DNA from: Hydrurus foetidus
Lineage: Eukaryota
Length of the DNA stretch: 63,920 nucleotides
Reading direction: 5' to 3'
NCBI GenBank assembly: GCA_900617105.1
Contig: UYFQ01000407.1
Location: 1-63,920 of the forward strand
The translations under genes and the position numbers were made by a program. How positions within the stretch are numbered: position 1 is the stretch's first letter; the number at the start of each line of letters is the position of its first letter. Under the pieces are notes generated by a model. That model saw nothing but the letters and a program-made list of their open reading frames with translations. It made no database searches and was not told the origin of the DNA. This document shows positions 22,661 to 37,233 of this stretch, one piece after another.

Positions 22661-24329
22661 ATGAACTTCTGCTTGATCGTTGGGGCTTCCTCGGCATTTG
22701 CCTTCAAGAGAACCCCTTGCATCCCAAGTCACTCGTTTATCAGGCGCTGTAAAGCTGATGACAATGACCTAGTCGTACAAAACTTTCTGGAGAGGAAGTT
22801 CAATGCACCAGTGATTTTTTCGAAACAGCACCTTTTTGGTAATGGAGTAGATGAAGTTCTGACCTCAATGGATGAGATCGAAGCATCAGACAGCAATAGT
22901 GACAACTCACAGGATAGCACGAAGAGTCTCCGAGGTGCGAGCTGTCATGTAACACTTGATCGGGCGATGGATACTCTATCTGATCATTCTGCTACCGTTT
23001 CGAATCTTTCGTCATTCTATTTAGCAAACTATTCTCCCGACAATACTGCTTCTCCATTAAAATAATGAATCCTACATCAATTTCCGACTTTCACCTGCAG
23101 GGGTTAAGAGGTATGCACCCTCAGAGATCATTCGGAAGTCCAAACTAGGGACCGGTGAAGCGTCAAGCAACGATTCTAACGCCGATGATGATGGAGATTC
23201 TTTTGAAATTGTCGACAAGTTCCGATTCAACATCGATGCGGATGCCTTACGAGAGGCCATCATGAAAAAAAGTAATCTGAAGGGTCGTCAGCAGTCATCT
23301 TCATCATTGGCACTTTCTTTGCAGAGCGATAACGATGAATTTAGCAATGATGATATTACATTCAACCAGTCGCTGCTTGATAAACTTGCCAGTGGCGAGG
23401 CTGTCATTGATGACAGCGGAGAAAATACTATCATTCGTTTAGTCCTAGATCATGATGAATTTACTGCTATGATAGATGCTCAGAGCTCTAATCAGAATGA
23501 TGAAGATGAGGAAAACGTCTTCTCCGCTGACGGCACTTATGTGGATAAAAAGGAGAGAGAAGAAAGAAAGAAATCATTAGCCTATTCTGTTCTCAGAATG
23601 AAAGCAGCTGAGGCATTTATTCATCGTGACATTAAGTCTGGGGACAGAATAGTCAAGCAATTTGATAAAGAGAAATTTCTCGCCGATAATTCAGGCTCAG
23701 AACCAGATGAGTACTATTCAGTTGACGGAATAAGGGAAGAATTTCCTCAAACTACACATGCTGATGAAGAGAAAGGCATGAGTATACAAAATGATGGGAG
23801 TGTGAGGAGAAAAAGTCTGTTGGGGAAACAGATTAAGAAAGCTGGTCCTCGCCATTACTTAACGGACATGTCGAAAGAGGTGATATTTGAGAACGTCTAC
23901 GGCACAGCTGTCATAGGACTAGCTCTTGCGGCATCGATACTCCTCTTCGATTTTATCTCCATTTCGACAGTAAGGGTATTGAATCTTCTTCTGAAACTGG
24001 TGGTTGAGAATATACCATTTATTAAATCTCGCAAAGACGTCTGGAGAAAAAGTGCGAAGCCACTCGTGCTGCTCTCAGTGATACTCTTTAACGCATTCTT
24101 CTACTACGTCAATGAAGTGAGAAATAAGAGGCGTTTCGCCGATATCGGCTATAAGGAGGGCGAGAAAATTCTAAAGAAGCCTGAGAAAATAGTGAAGAAG
24201 ACACCAGTGAAAAAAGTAACGAAAAGGCCCGACAAAAAAATCATGAAAAAAATCATGAAAAAAATTAAGGCCTTGAAAGTCAAAACTAAGTTGCGAAGAT
24301 TCATTCAGTTTCTCTGGATAGGAGAATAA
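22661..24329 (+). CDS. Unknown membrane protein, possibly plastid-targeted, with a Lys-rich tail; 2 exons (intron 22935-23100)
   Basis: N-terminal ...ASSAFAF resembles the ASAF-type bipartite targeting motif; a phase-1 GT..AG intron joins the two ORFs in frame; two hydrophobic segments. Confidence 0.6.
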
Positions 24330-24871
24330 GCGAAGACAAGAATCGCACCGATTTAAATTAAAGGTAGTAATCAGTGAATAATGGTGATAATGCCATACAC
24401 GATAACAGTGACAATATGTGGGCGATGAATTGTCCTGTAACAACAATATGCAGGGGAAATTAAGGAAATAGTCTTCTGTCTATCAGAAAAGTTGTGAGCC
24501 CCTAGGATAATGTGGATTAGGCCATATGAAGTGTCAGCCTTACTGACATCAGCCTTCATAGGTGCAAAAGTAATATACTACTGCGAAGAAAGTTAGAATG
24601 TACTACCTAATAGATCTCACCAATCAATCCATAGTATAAAATGCTGCGTATAATGCAAGTCTATTAGATTGAATTAGTCTGCCAGTAATTCAGCACCTTG
24701 TCCTTCTCCCAAGAGAAAGTAAGGAGAGTGATGGAAGATGTTCAGACAATCACTATCATGTAATGAATTGTCAGATCAGCATCGCTATCGTCATCAATCA
24801 TCCCCTGAATTTAGGACGACGCCAGTCCTTCTAATTATCTCACTGTTATCAAGAGAGGAATGTCTTGTGCC

Positions 24872-27800
24872 CTATCTGGGTGGGTGGCGCTGCTGTCCGT
24901 ATTGACCGGGCTGAGAGTAGGATGTGTGCCACCCATTGACGATTCTAGAGACCACCGGGGAGTAGTGAGCAGCATCATCATCAGCAGCAGCAGCAATAGC
25001 TGTAGGGACTTGTCGGTAGACGTCACTACTCTGTGACACACGACTCATTGAGGCAGCAGGAGCAGCTGTTGATGGTGAGTTGTTGATGCTTCCCCTTCCG
25101 TTCCTCTCAGGGGTGGAGTAAATTGAAGTGGATGCGGGGAATGGCTGGGGCACGTGTGGGGATTGCTGGTGGCCAGCGGTGTTGGCGCGCACTGCTCCTT
25201 GGTCCCTATAGGGTCTGGAGTGCCCCTGGGGATGGTTACTAGACGGAGCAGAGGGGGCTGCTTTTGGGGCGTGGGATGGAGTTGAATTCCATTTTTTATT
25301 CGGATTCGTGTTAGAAGTGCCTGTGGATTTTGCGAGATCACCACTCGGGGGACTACTACCACTACCATTCATCTTTTGGCCCTGACTAACAGCCACCGCA
25401 TATTGAACCCTCCTGTCAAACTCCGCTTGTTTCTCCGCTCTTTGCCGTTGCATGAACCGGTCTGTGTGTGTCTGTGGGCTGTCGCTCATTTCCGCAGTGC
25501 GTACGTACGCGTCCTCCCTTGGCTTCTCGGCTATCGTTCCTTTGTGTCCTTGTCTGTCATCTGATGGACTGTATTCGTGCATCTTTTTCTTTCTCTCCCT
25601 TTTATTCGGAGATGGCGTGTTATCTGCGCTCTGTCTTCTTCTCTCGGGTGCGGGGGTGTCGCCCCAACCAGGAGAGCCATCTTCCCTTCTGACGTAATTA
25701 CTCGCTCCTCTACTATTCTCTATGCACATTTCACGATCCCTATTCTCTGTTTTCCTCCTTGTATTCTTCGATCCTGAGCGACTCAATGCACTTGGTGTAC
25801 TGTCTATTGGAGAGGCATCGTATAGTATTTGTTGGGGCGAGAACCCGTTGTCCTGTGCTCTCGGATAAGAGGACGATCTCTCTTGACTGTGTGCCCCTGG
25901 TCTCTGGCCCGATCCTACCCTCATATGGTCCTCAAGAGATGTCAGTGTAATGGCGGTACCTTTGTGAGGGGAGCTACTAGATCGTGCGTCTGACACACCC
26001 ATGGGTGGAGAGAATTTATCCTGTCCGGGACGAGGGTAAAGAGGGGGGCCTACCCCCACAGCAGAGTCCAAGACGGATCGCGAATAGCCCGTATAAGCAG
26101 TGCCAGGAGTGACAGGCGACATGAAGTCAGGGCTGTCTTTCTGCGACCTCTTTTTACTGGTTCTCTCCGGTGTGCTGAAGGACTTGCCATTCACAACGTG
26201 ATACTCCCTGTCTCTCTCGCAGGCTGGTGTGGACTCTGCTGTACCATTACCTGGGTATCCGGTTGCTTCTGAAGGGGAGCCATATCTCGGAGGGACATTT
26301 GGTTTGGAATTGGAACCAGTTAGAGGGATTTTGTAAGCTTTTCCGGTATCAAGATCCACGATCCTCTCCATCTTTCCCTTACTTCTTCTGTTCTCATCAT
26401 CGCTGATATTGTCATTAGAGTTCTTTTTTATCCTTCTCTCCACCTCCTTACGACGTTTTCTGTTCTTTGCGTTGTCACTGGAGTCTTGAGATTCGTCATG
26501 GGATGATCCATCCCCTTTGTCATTCGATTTCCCTTTGCTCTTCTCCTTCTTCTCTTCAACTTTCCTGGGAAGACATGAATAATTTCAATTGATTGAAGAC
26601 GAGGATGCAAAGTATCACTGCACTGGAACAAGACTTCGATGAGAATGCCTAGCAAATGTGATGTGACAGTTTTACGTTGACTTACTTTTCTCGTTGCTTG
26701 CGTAATCGTCTCAGATAGCAGCATCTCAGAACTCCTATCAAAACAACTCCCCCACCAATGCCTCCGATGAGATAATACTTAAAATTGAATTTGGACGACT
26801 CAGACGGCGATGCGCTCCCTGCTGCAGAGGTGCCTGCAGATTTCTGAACGATTGTAACCGTGAACACAGCCGATCTCACGAAACATTCCGATCTGATGGA
26901 CCCCCGACCCAGAACCCTGATAGATACGCATTGGTCCCCCACACCATCGTAAAGGGTCACGGTGACAGTGCCGGTGCCATTGCCTACGCTATTGTCTCCG
27001 ACAGTTTGTATCGTTAAACCGTTCAGGACATCTTGTAAGTCGGAAGGGCTCCCTGAAAAACAAATGTGCAAATATCAGCGATTCAAAATTTTCATATCAG
27101 CGATGCAGATGACAGTCATCTTTGTGAGGTGGAAAAATTATATTAGAGAGCGGCACCATATCGTACCTACACCGATGAATATTTCAGATGCGACCCCATC
27201 CCCTACACAACCCCAAGAGGAGAAGATGCAATCGGATGTTATTGGCAGTAGAAATTTCGGATTAAGAGAGACCAACAAATTATTCGATGCAGTCACATCC
27301 ATTCTAATGGGATCCACATTGTGATCAGGATCCTTTAGATTGAAGCCTGTGACAGTCAGAGTGTTGCCTATTCCTGGGACTTTGGATGCAACGAGACTGA
27401 AATCCTTGAATTGAAGGAAGAGAAGAGAAAAGATGGGGATAAACACAAATCAGATGCTGGAATAAGATATGATCTGTTCATACACAATGAGGAACATAAA
27501 CATACGTCTATCAGGTCTTTACATCGCCGTGGAAGATGTTAGTGGAACAAGTGAAGATGTGACTGCGAAAGGGAATGGTGATTGTGTCGACAAATAGAGA
27601 GAGAAAGCGGCTTGATCCTAAGCAGTCCTGAAACAATTCAGAGCAACTGCTGTTGAAATCACAATCCACAATCTTCTCACCTTAGGAGAAGAAGATAACT
27701 TCGAAATGTCAATTTCCGTCGGATCATTTACATTAATAACGGTCACGAATTGTGTGACGGGTGCGGAATACGAATTATCCGGAGATAGGACTCGAAATTG

Positions 27801-30800
27801 GAATGTATCCGGAGTTGTGAGAACCGGATTAATAAGAGTTCCGTTAAACATGCGATTAGGTGTCGTGAAAAATCCAGGTCTTCCGACATAGTAAACGGGG
27901 ACACCAAGGGAATAGGTATCCTTCGAAATCACAAATGGTAGGAAACTATTCGCACCAAGGAGAGAGGGTTTGATAGCGTCTGAGGAGTAGTGGATGTCGC
28001 CTGCAGATGGAACATTCACAATTTGGACTCGTAAGTTTCTAGGGGTCTCTGAGTTATCAGACCCGCTTAAGGTTATCGAGCTGGAAGTGCTCTCGGTAGC
28101 CAGAGTGATGTTACCCAAAGTCTTGGGATTTCTGATAGGAGCAGGGATTGCTGTGAGAGAGGAGTAAATCATTATCCTGAGCAGTGAAAGCTTCGATCTT
28201 GCGCCTGCAACATTTTGTAGTGAGTTGTGCTATTTAGTTTCTAGTTTCGTCAGGTGTGGTGCACGTGTAGGTGCGACGCAATAAATCAAAAATTGTCAGT
28301 AGAAGTGTGTTTCTCACCCAGGTCATCCTGCACGGCGTAGTAAAAGGAATCTGTGCCGATCAGGCCTCTAAAAACATCCGCTTGGGACACGGTGCTATTG
28401 ATTTCAATCAAGCTATCGTAGGACCGGTAATACACTGTTGTCGAGTCTGCTAAATAAATTCCGGTGCTGAAAGAAGTTGGTGGTAATGCAGGTGCTTTGA
28501 AATTTATTGCCGGTGCAGATAAAGAGCGTGTAGGATAGAGAAGTCCAGATAGCGGGAGTGTGGCTATGAAGGTCCCAGCTATGCGTCCTTGTGATGTCGT
28601 TCCACTCATTGCTATAGTGCTCAAAACGCCCTTATAGAGGTGAGATCGTTTGAGAGACAATGAGTACAAATGATTGAGTAGAAGTTGACAGTCATTTGTC
28701 GTGATGTGCTGCATACCTGGAGGACATTGACAGTGAGCCCTGCTGTGGCTTCAAGTGAAGCGGTAGCAAATTCATCAGGGAGCTGTAAGGCCAATTTTCT
28801 GCTATAAGTAAGTGCACAAAGATATTAGCGTAATCAACTTCGAGCAGTCGATCGGAGAGTGCATCAGCTGCTATGCCATTACCTCGCAGCACCGCGTAAA
28901 GCTACTGGAAGGTTTCGTTGTGTAGATGTGGTCGAGACGGGGTGTAGAGGAGGGGGCCCCGACAAGCGGATTTCCGAGGACGTGTCATGTTGCGGTGAGG
29001 CGTGTAAGGGAGATACGTCTGCTTTGGCGATCAAATGTAACGCAAAGCAATTAAGGGTTAGGGGAGCAAGGTAAGAGATGGGAATTGGAGCATGACTTGG
29101 ATTTCCCTTCTGGATATTAAGATGAAGTTCACAGGGCATTTATGAAAGGGAGATAGGGAACATCAGCGCGCTGCAGTACAGCGAAGTACGTACTGTTAGA
29201 ATGCGATATTCGCAAGCTCGTCTCCCTACGTAGTTCCTGCGTATCGAGGAGAATATGCGTCGCCATCAATTTGAGACATAAGGAGGTTAAAAAGTCTTCA
29301 CGAAAAATGTATCTATCTTGTGCATGCAGACCAATGCATGAAAATAGATGTTGAGGAATGATGTGGCCATCTTAGCAGATGTCGCACAACCCAAGTAGAC
29401 TGATTAAGGCAGCAGATGAGTCACTAACCTGATGCGCTCCAGATAAAAACTTTCGCTCAATTTCGCTCACACTGAGCATCCTGGAATAGAAGGATAAATA
29501 GTATAAAATGCCTCCATCAGCATTCCGAACATCTGGATGCTTCGCCGCTTGGCCCTCTCCTCCACTAGTGGGATGCACTCGCCAATGTGATATTTTGTCC
29601 AGCCCAGATGTTTCAAATGATCCTGTCAGGCGTAGTAAGGCGTGACTTCTACGCATTCTTAAGCGAAAAAAAGATGTCAAACCCATTTGTTGTGCAGAGA
29701 TGTTCTCACCGCCATTTAATAATGCCGAAGCATTTTCTTCGTAGCGACCGTTCACTATGTATTCGGTTGTTATGCTGCTGATGCCCTGAACAGTTTCGAT
29801 GGATATCGCGATCACTATATGCTCAGCCTCGCCTTGTGACGCCTCCAAGACCTGCCTTTTCCTGGAAAGCTTCAACACAGTACCCGCTCCATCGCTAGGA
29901 AGGACCGATATCAGCAAATCAACTCCTAATAAATAAACGAGAGTTTCCTCAGAGAATCAACATGAAGATCTCACATACTTCACTAAGTCAGTAATCTTTT
30001 TATTTAATTCGTACCATCAGTAACCTCTTTTCTACCAGGCTTGATCACCTACAATAATAGCGGCATAAATAATGACATTCTTGTGAGAAGGTCTCAGAAC
30101 AATTGTGGCACAGTGTACGAAAAAAATGAATAATATAAGTCACCTTGAAGTAGCGATTCCCGCAATCATGACTGTCGAACGAAATTATTTCCGAATCAGT
30201 TGAGCTCACTGCATTGAGTTGAAGGTAGAACTCGATGGTGAAATGTTTGTGTAATTTCATTTTGGAAAGCTTCCCAAGAAAATTTGAGAAATCCTCAGTT
30301 GTGCTGCTGACTGCGGAAATGGGTAAAAAAGGCATTATCATATGAGTCTAGGAGAACACTAGTTGGACTATAAATAGCATCGATGCACACAAAATGTTAT
30401 ATACCAATTATTTGTCGAGAATTTAACACCGGTGGGCTCGCCGGACAGAGAGCAGGGAAAACTTCTATCCCATCACGAGTGTTTCTGATAGTGTCTTTCT
30501 GCCACGTCAATTTAGGAAATACGTTCTCTTTTAGTATGCCCTCGCTAAATTTCGTCAAAGAGCATAGCAGTAATCCGACTGACAAGTGCCGATTTCGCAT
30601 AGCTACACAAAAAAGAATTCCGCATAGGGGACTGCCAAATACTAGTGTAGAGAAGATAGCCATGACTTTATTCATTGCTTTCTCACTTTCGCTCAATTTT
30701 AACAGACTTTCTCAACAGAGTGATAATTGAAACTCATTGCCTGATTCGGAGTAATCAATACTTCCCATAGATCAGCAGCACAATGGTATCGTCCCCATAA

Positions 30801-30866
30801 AAGTTCTGAGATTGGACTGATCTCATTTGACAAATGCATTCCATGCAAAAAGTTGCTAATCATGAA
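24872..30866 (-). CDS. Large multi-exon single-pass membrane protein: beta-rich ectodomain with cadherin/Ig-like repeats and a long disordered cytoplasmic tail (start uncertain)
   Basis: Chain of minus-strand ORFs with GT/AG boundaries; DSFYYAVQD, DTFQFRV...VINVNDP repeats; TM segment YYLIGGIGGGVVLIGVL followed by basic residues. Confidence 0.6.
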
Positions 30867-31210
30867 TCCAACCTGGCGGATTCTTCATAGAGCGTGCAGA
30901 ATTCCTACTGTTGGTGCTAAAATGACAGTCATCTCAGGTTGTGGAGCACTTCACGATACTGTAGATAACGGCAGTTTTTAGAGCCCTCTGTCTGCTCTGC
31001 TGTGAAAATGTCACCTGTTATTTTTTAAAGGTTACCATCTACGAATATGTACGATATCTGTATTCTGGATACAGAATACAGTATTATCCCAAACTGAAAA
31101 TTCTTCCTGAGAGAGCATCTCTCATCTTGATTTTATCTCTTCATTCCCAGCATTCATCCTAGAAATGAAGTGAATCTGATGAGATTAATTGGGGCTAAAC
31201 GTTCGATAGA

Positions 31211-31983
31211 ATGAGCGGGGAAAATCCTAGGGATTCGATAGGTGAAATTTGGTTTGCACAGGCGGTGTCATTGTTGTTTTTTAAATCCACTAATATCAAG
31301 CCTCTTTCAACTCTTCAACCTGCTCATTCATAGGCATACAGCCTGATAAGCGTATGTGGGTGAGACGCGAATCTCAAATGATTACTGCCAAAAATGCTGT
31401 CGTCCGAAACGAACTTATCTCGTTGAATGTGTACGAGCAAAAGACGAAAAATAGCAAATTGAAAGAAGTAACCGAGATTCGAAGCCTACGATGGCAGGAA
31501 AAAACAAAGAATTCGCCTTATGCGATAAATCTTCTCGCGGAAAATGAAAGGATAATGGAAGAAACTAGAATCAGAGCAAACGATTTCAAGGCCGAAATTA
31601 CAGATGTTGACGACAGAACTGAGAAAGCGAAGAACGACATTATTATCAGGGTCAGTGCTTTTCTCGCTGTCGAACTGATGCCATATTTCTTTTGCATTCA
31701 TCAATTTCCTATGCTTTCAAAAAAGGCACTCGCTGAATTTTCTGATCTTGAGGCGCTGCGACGAGAAAAAAGAGCAATATTAGAGGAAGAACAACGTCTA
31801 AAATCTCTTCTACAACTTGAGAAGTCCAAAAAGAGCGGGAAGGAGTCCCGAATGGCAGCAGAAAGAGCACAGAAGCAACGTCAACAAGCTAAGTTGGATC
31901 ATCGGCGATCTCTCTATCGTGACTCCCTTGATGCGATAATGGCGGAAGAATCTCATGCGTTGAGACGGAAACATGGGGTCTGA
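31211..31983 (+). CDS. Coiled-coil protein of unknown function; 3 exons
   Basis: ATG 31211; intron 31242-31333 joins in frame to ORF 31354; likely in-frame intron ~31650-31725; E/K/R-rich helices. Confidence 0.65.
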
Positions 31984-33035
31984 ATTTCTACCTGGCCATG
32001 TTATCTTTTGAAACCTAGTTAGATCAACGCTGCTTATCTCTTTACGTCTTTTTTCATCAGATGCTGAAATATTCCTGATGTCGGAATTGCTGCATAAAAT
32101 GTTGTAGTTTTTGATAACACTGAAAATGTTGTGTTCGCTGTTCAATGGTAAGTTAATGCTGTCTCTTTCATTTATGCTGAATAAATCCAAAGATCACATA
32201 AGTTTTGGAAAACCTCTTCACTTAGATTCAAGAATGCCCATGTAGTGCGGAATATAGGGGTCCGTTACGGGCTTATTTCGTGTAGTGTTGCGATTATCTA
32301 TTGCCACGACTGCTGATAAGGGAATGTCGTTTACGAGTTCTACAGGCTTCCGATCAGGTCGGATATCGGTTTACACTAAGATGAGAAGCATAGATGTGAT
32401 GAAGAAAACAAAGTAAGTGGAGTAGGTTACAGAGACTCGAGACAAAGTGCGTCAGGAGATTCAATGGGTGCGGAATGTTCTCGATATGGACGATGAAATC
32501 GAATTTTTTGTGAATTACGTTAGATGCTCTAGAGTTTTTAAAACTATATCGTATTCTCTAGAATAATATTGCAGGAGTCAACACAGGTCTGTGTTAGTAG
32601 TCGGTATTCTCATCGTATTGAAGGCCATCTAAAAATGTAATGTCATCTCGATTATCATGGTATGGATAACGGGCGTTAGGTGGGTGTCGTTTGTTGTGAG
32701 TAATCACATCAGATAGGTAAGGCTGATGTCGTTCAGGATGGAATGGAAACTGTCACAGAGTAATGATGTGAGGAGGAGAAGGGAACAAAGTACAAAACCA
32801 TCGTCAGTAAATCTAGAAGATCAAGAGAGAAGGAAATCTGATAACAGGAAATTACAGTGACATGAGGTAGCGAGATTCTTGTAGCAGCTAATTCTCAATT
32901 CGATGAGCAGGTCATTCCTCAAGATCTGGTCTGTTTTCATCTCAATCAGTCTCACTCAATCAGTAGTTTCTTGGGAGATATTGACTCTAAGGCATTTCAA
33001 TTTTTTCTTCAACGATGATAAGGACACGATGCATC

Positions 33036-34385
33036 CTATCTGATAGAAGCATCGCTGAATGGACAACACACCGAGCACACACTCATGTTCCAGTGTACGT
33101 TATCACCATCAAGGCAAAAGCGAACGCTGAAATCAGAAAAAGCCCTCAGCGATGCTTGGAGTCTATCCCATTCCTCCGCGCTCAATATCTCGTAGACTTC
33201 TCCTGAATATGAACTTAGGCCATTTAATAGGCCCTTCCTGATTCCTACAAGATATTCCTCAACATGCGGAGGAATGACTAATTTACCATGAGAAATACAG
33301 AGCATTTTCGTGCAGTCCATCGATGGTAATGATGACACTCTAGGATCCTTCGCATAACTTCTCCACGCTCTTAGCCAGTCTCGAGATAAGAGGTTGTACA
33401 GCCCAGGTAGGAGTGGTTGCGAGATTCTCAGCAGTTCAGGAAACTGTTCGCCATTTTCAGTAAGATCGGAGTAAGATGCCAAGGCGAGAGCATTCCAGTC
33501 AGCTTCATAAACTGGTAAATTGACAAAATGATTCGGGGTTAAGTGCAGTAAATCGCTAGAATATCATATCTGCAGAAATTTACCTGGCATCATTTTCTGA
33601 GTCGCGAGATGGGAAGGTGTTCCACACCTTCGTGCTACGAGTGATTCTAGTGAATCATGGTAATACTCCAATCTCCGAGAGAGCAATTTTGTTTCCATTT
33701 TGAGGTTCGCCGATTCTTTTGTAATTCTTTCCATTTGAAGGCATTCGCAGCACGCGCCAGCGTCGGATGAGATGAACTCATATCCCTTAGGATAGAATTT
33801 ACGGAGGTGGCACCATGACCTAGTATCGAGCAGTCGTCTCTTCGAACGAAGATTCGTATGGATTGCGAGATCATTATGAGGGCAGGTAATATCAGCATTC
33901 ATATGTTGCGAAGGAGGAAAAGCGTCGGTTCCTCGACAGTTTCGAGGTTTAACTGTTTTCTTCGAAATTTTCATTTTCCTGCTGCTGCTCGAGTTTGGTA
34001 TAACTATTCCTTGGTAATATTTCTTGGCATTTACGATCCAATTCGAGCTGATCCAATATCCCCGACCATTAGCGGGTGCCGGGGATGCAAGAGCAAATAA
34101 GATGGATTTAATTTCGCAAGCACGAAGAATCGTGGGAGTGTAGACAATTTCGCAAAGGTTGTCTTTGCCATCAGACATAGACCTCAGCCGATCGTCTTCT
34201 GCCAGAAATGATAGCCAGAACATGGTGTATGTATTTTCTAACTGGTGCAGAATTGCCCTGCTTGTGTACGATTTTCTGAAAACAGTTTTAGACGCCTTGC
34301 TTGTGGACGCCAAATCAGAAGCACCTAAAAATTGTAGGATTGAAACAACTGTCTCCCCAGCCAGATGCTGCAGTTGGACGCGCAT
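33036..34385 (-). CDS. Protein with tandem DUSP-like domains (USP48/UBP26-like) and an F-box-like N-terminus; may extend further 3'
   Basis: YWISSNW...NADITCPHNDL...SWCHLRKFYP...CCEC, then a second copy LLSRDWLRAWRSY...LCISHGKL...EEWDRL...CSVC. Confidence 0.65.
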
Positions 34386-34650
34386 GGCTACTGGGCTACC
34401 TCACAGATGTCTTATGAAAGACCACGAAGAACGTCATAGATCGAGATGAGATGTTAGGAATATTATGGAATAGAAATAAATGACGAATGACGAATGACCG
34501 CAGTTCTTGGGTTCTCATCACATTTTGGTCGGTCATTCAAAATACAAAAAATAAAAATAAATACAAAACACACAAAAAAAGGTCTTTTTGTACTCTTGTA
34601 CTTTGTACTTTGTACTTTGAATTTGGTATTTGCTATTTGCACTCTGTATA

Positions 34651-35100
34651 CCGTCGAGTGCCTATTGTTTTGTTTTCCGCTTCCGAAAAAATCACCATTT
34701 TGGCCCATTTTTCGGTTATTTTTGGCATTTACAGCCACATTAATGTTACAAAGTGGTCTTTTATTCAAAATGAAGAGAGCTTAAATAATTCTGAGTATCT
34801 TGGTTACAAATAATATGAAGTTGCTAGGTCTCCGTGAAGCGCATCATGGTGTAAATTGCGGCGAAAGTTTCGATCATGGTACCACCGGAGCCAAAATGCT
34901 AAACTTGCAGGAGCTTCAAAAAATATCTGGATATGAAGATAAAAAAAAAGATGAAGATAGTTTTTTTTGTGTGATATTTTTATATTGCAAAATAGTGAGT
35001 CTTGCTGAACAATCGGTGATTTGTCAAAAAAACCCAGTGATTTTCAGAGCGGAAAAAAGGCAGATTACCCTTCCAAAACAAAACAATAGGCACTCGACGG
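34651..35100. mobile_element. 450-bp MITE, Tc1/mariner-pogo type
   Basis: Perfect 26-bp TIRs CCGTCGAGTGCCTATTGTTTTGTTTT; TA on both flanks (34649-50 and 35101-02); AT-rich non-coding interior. Confidence 0.9.
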
Positions 35101-35538
35101 TAGCAGTAGAAAGGTGAGTATGGAGAGGAGTTCAGCTCTTATTAGAACAGAACCTGCAAAATTCAGTAGCATGTCACATGTCACCTCCTTATGGGAGCGC
35201 ACTTTCGCGACTGGTCCCCTTTTCACAATCATGACATCCTGTAGCGATACCACCTTCAAGCGATCCATCCGTAGGCCGAAAAACTCATGTCCTACACCCC
35301 AACTTGTACACCAACATACCGCTAAGTTCCAAAGTATAGCCAGGACACACGGTAATCAGTACAAAAGTGAGAAAATGAGAAGAATTATGGCAGAAGGACG
35401 GGAAGATTAAAGATAGCATCGACTCTATAGGAGCGGAAAGCAGCCAGGCGTCGTCATTGAACAGCTTTGCTATTGTGTCTTCAACTCAAATCTACACATC
35501 TCTTACTTATCGATAGAATGTTGTTATAAGTAATGAAT

Positions 35539-37233
35539 ATGGCGTGCCAAAGGTGTTCTTATTATTTTCACCGTTTTCCCCAGGATCCCGTACTTTTCTT
35601 TCTCCGCTCCTGTACCCTCGCATCTCCTAACTCCAAATCATCATATGCCTCAACTCATAGCACAGTAGAAAATGCAGCTTCACTCCAGTTGGTAAAGTGA
35701 ATCAGCAGTTCCTCAACATGTCTATCACAGCAGCTATAGCCGCTACTCCTTCCTTCGGAAATTTTCATCACCAGAGAAATCAAGCATCCCGAAGACTCAT
35801 GAAAACAGGAAATTTTACCATCTCCAAACCATACAGAGTATCTGCAACAGCAGGTAAGACTCTTCTAACGCTTGATTCTTGCTTGAACATGCACCAAAAT
35901 CTAGCTACTTAACTTTTATACGTCAAAGGCTGACGCCAAATGTTCCATTCCACTGAAATTTTTTGATGCCATTTTCGTCTTAAAAAATAGTTCCTCTCTA
36001 TTTTGCAACTGAGCCGCTCAATTCACACGAAATTCTGAGCGAAGTAGCACAGTATATCTGTCATAATGCTCGCAAATTCTTAGCGTCTCATGTATTATGT
36101 GGCATTTGCTGTTATAGTTACAAGCGTTCAAAAACATCACCTCAATATTACCATCACTTTTGCAAATATCTCGCGGATTATTACTCTGCTGATAGAATAG
36201 AATATTGGGATCATTACATTACATACTGAATAGAATGTCTTGAAGATTTCGCAGCAGAGCGTAACAAATTGTAATTTAAAGCATTCTTATCCTGAGAAAC
36301 GTGCTCTTTCACGGACAGTTTTTGAAACTCCTGACTGCTTATGCAAAATGCCGCTTGTAAAACGGCGGTTCAAAGAACCAGTCTAGCTTTTCTTGAGGCT
36401 CGAGTGCAAGGGGCAATGGGCTTTTATCTCCTTAGACAATTCTGGGTCAGCAGCACGCTAAGCACAGAGATTCAAAAACTGTCTGTGAAAGAGCACGTTT
36501 CTCAGGATAAGAATGCTTTAAATTACAATTTGTTACGCTCTGCTGCGAAATCTTCAAGATATTCTATTCAGTATGTAATGTAATGATCCCAATATTCTAT
36601 TCTATCAGCAGAGTAATAATCCGCGAGATATTTGCAAAAGTGATGGTGATATTGAGGTGATGTTTTTGAACGCTTGTAACTATAACAGCAAATGCCACAT
36701 AATACATGAGACGCTAAGAATTTGCGAGCATTATGAGAGATATACTGTGTGAATTGAGCGGCTCAGTTGCAAAATAGAGAGGAACTATTTTTTAAGACGA
36801 AAATGGCATCAAAAAATTTCGGTGGAATGGAACATTTGGCGTCAGCCTTTGACGTATAAAAGTTAAGTAGCTAGATTTTGGTGCATGTTCAAGCAAGAAT
36901 CAAGCGTTAGAAGAGTCTTACCTGCTGTTGCAGATACTCTGTATGGTTTGGAGATGGTAAAATTTCCTGTTTTCATGAGTCTTCGGGATGCTTGATTTCT
37001 CTGGTGATGAAAATTTCCGAAGGAAGGAAGCGCTATAGCTGCTGTGATAGACATGTTGAGGAACTGCTGATTCACTTTACCAACTGGAGTGAAGCTGCAT
37101 TTTCTACTGTGCTATGAGTTGAGGCATATGATGATTTGGAGTTTGGAGATGCGAGGGTACAGGAGCGGAGAAAGAAAAGTACGGGATCCTGGGGAAAACG
37201 GTGAAAATAATAAAAACACCTTTGGCATGCCAT
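35539..37233. repeat. Long inverted repeat: ~790-bp arms around a ~120-145 bp spacer
   Basis: 35539-~36330 is the reverse complement of ~36467-37233, with scattered substitutions and a 22-bp indel; mirror ORFs 35697-35912(+) and 36863-37075(-). Confidence 0.95.

Noticed and set aside
35697..37075. Duplicated 70-aa ORFs
   Set aside because: By-product of the inverted repeat; GTG starts and no recognisable motifs.
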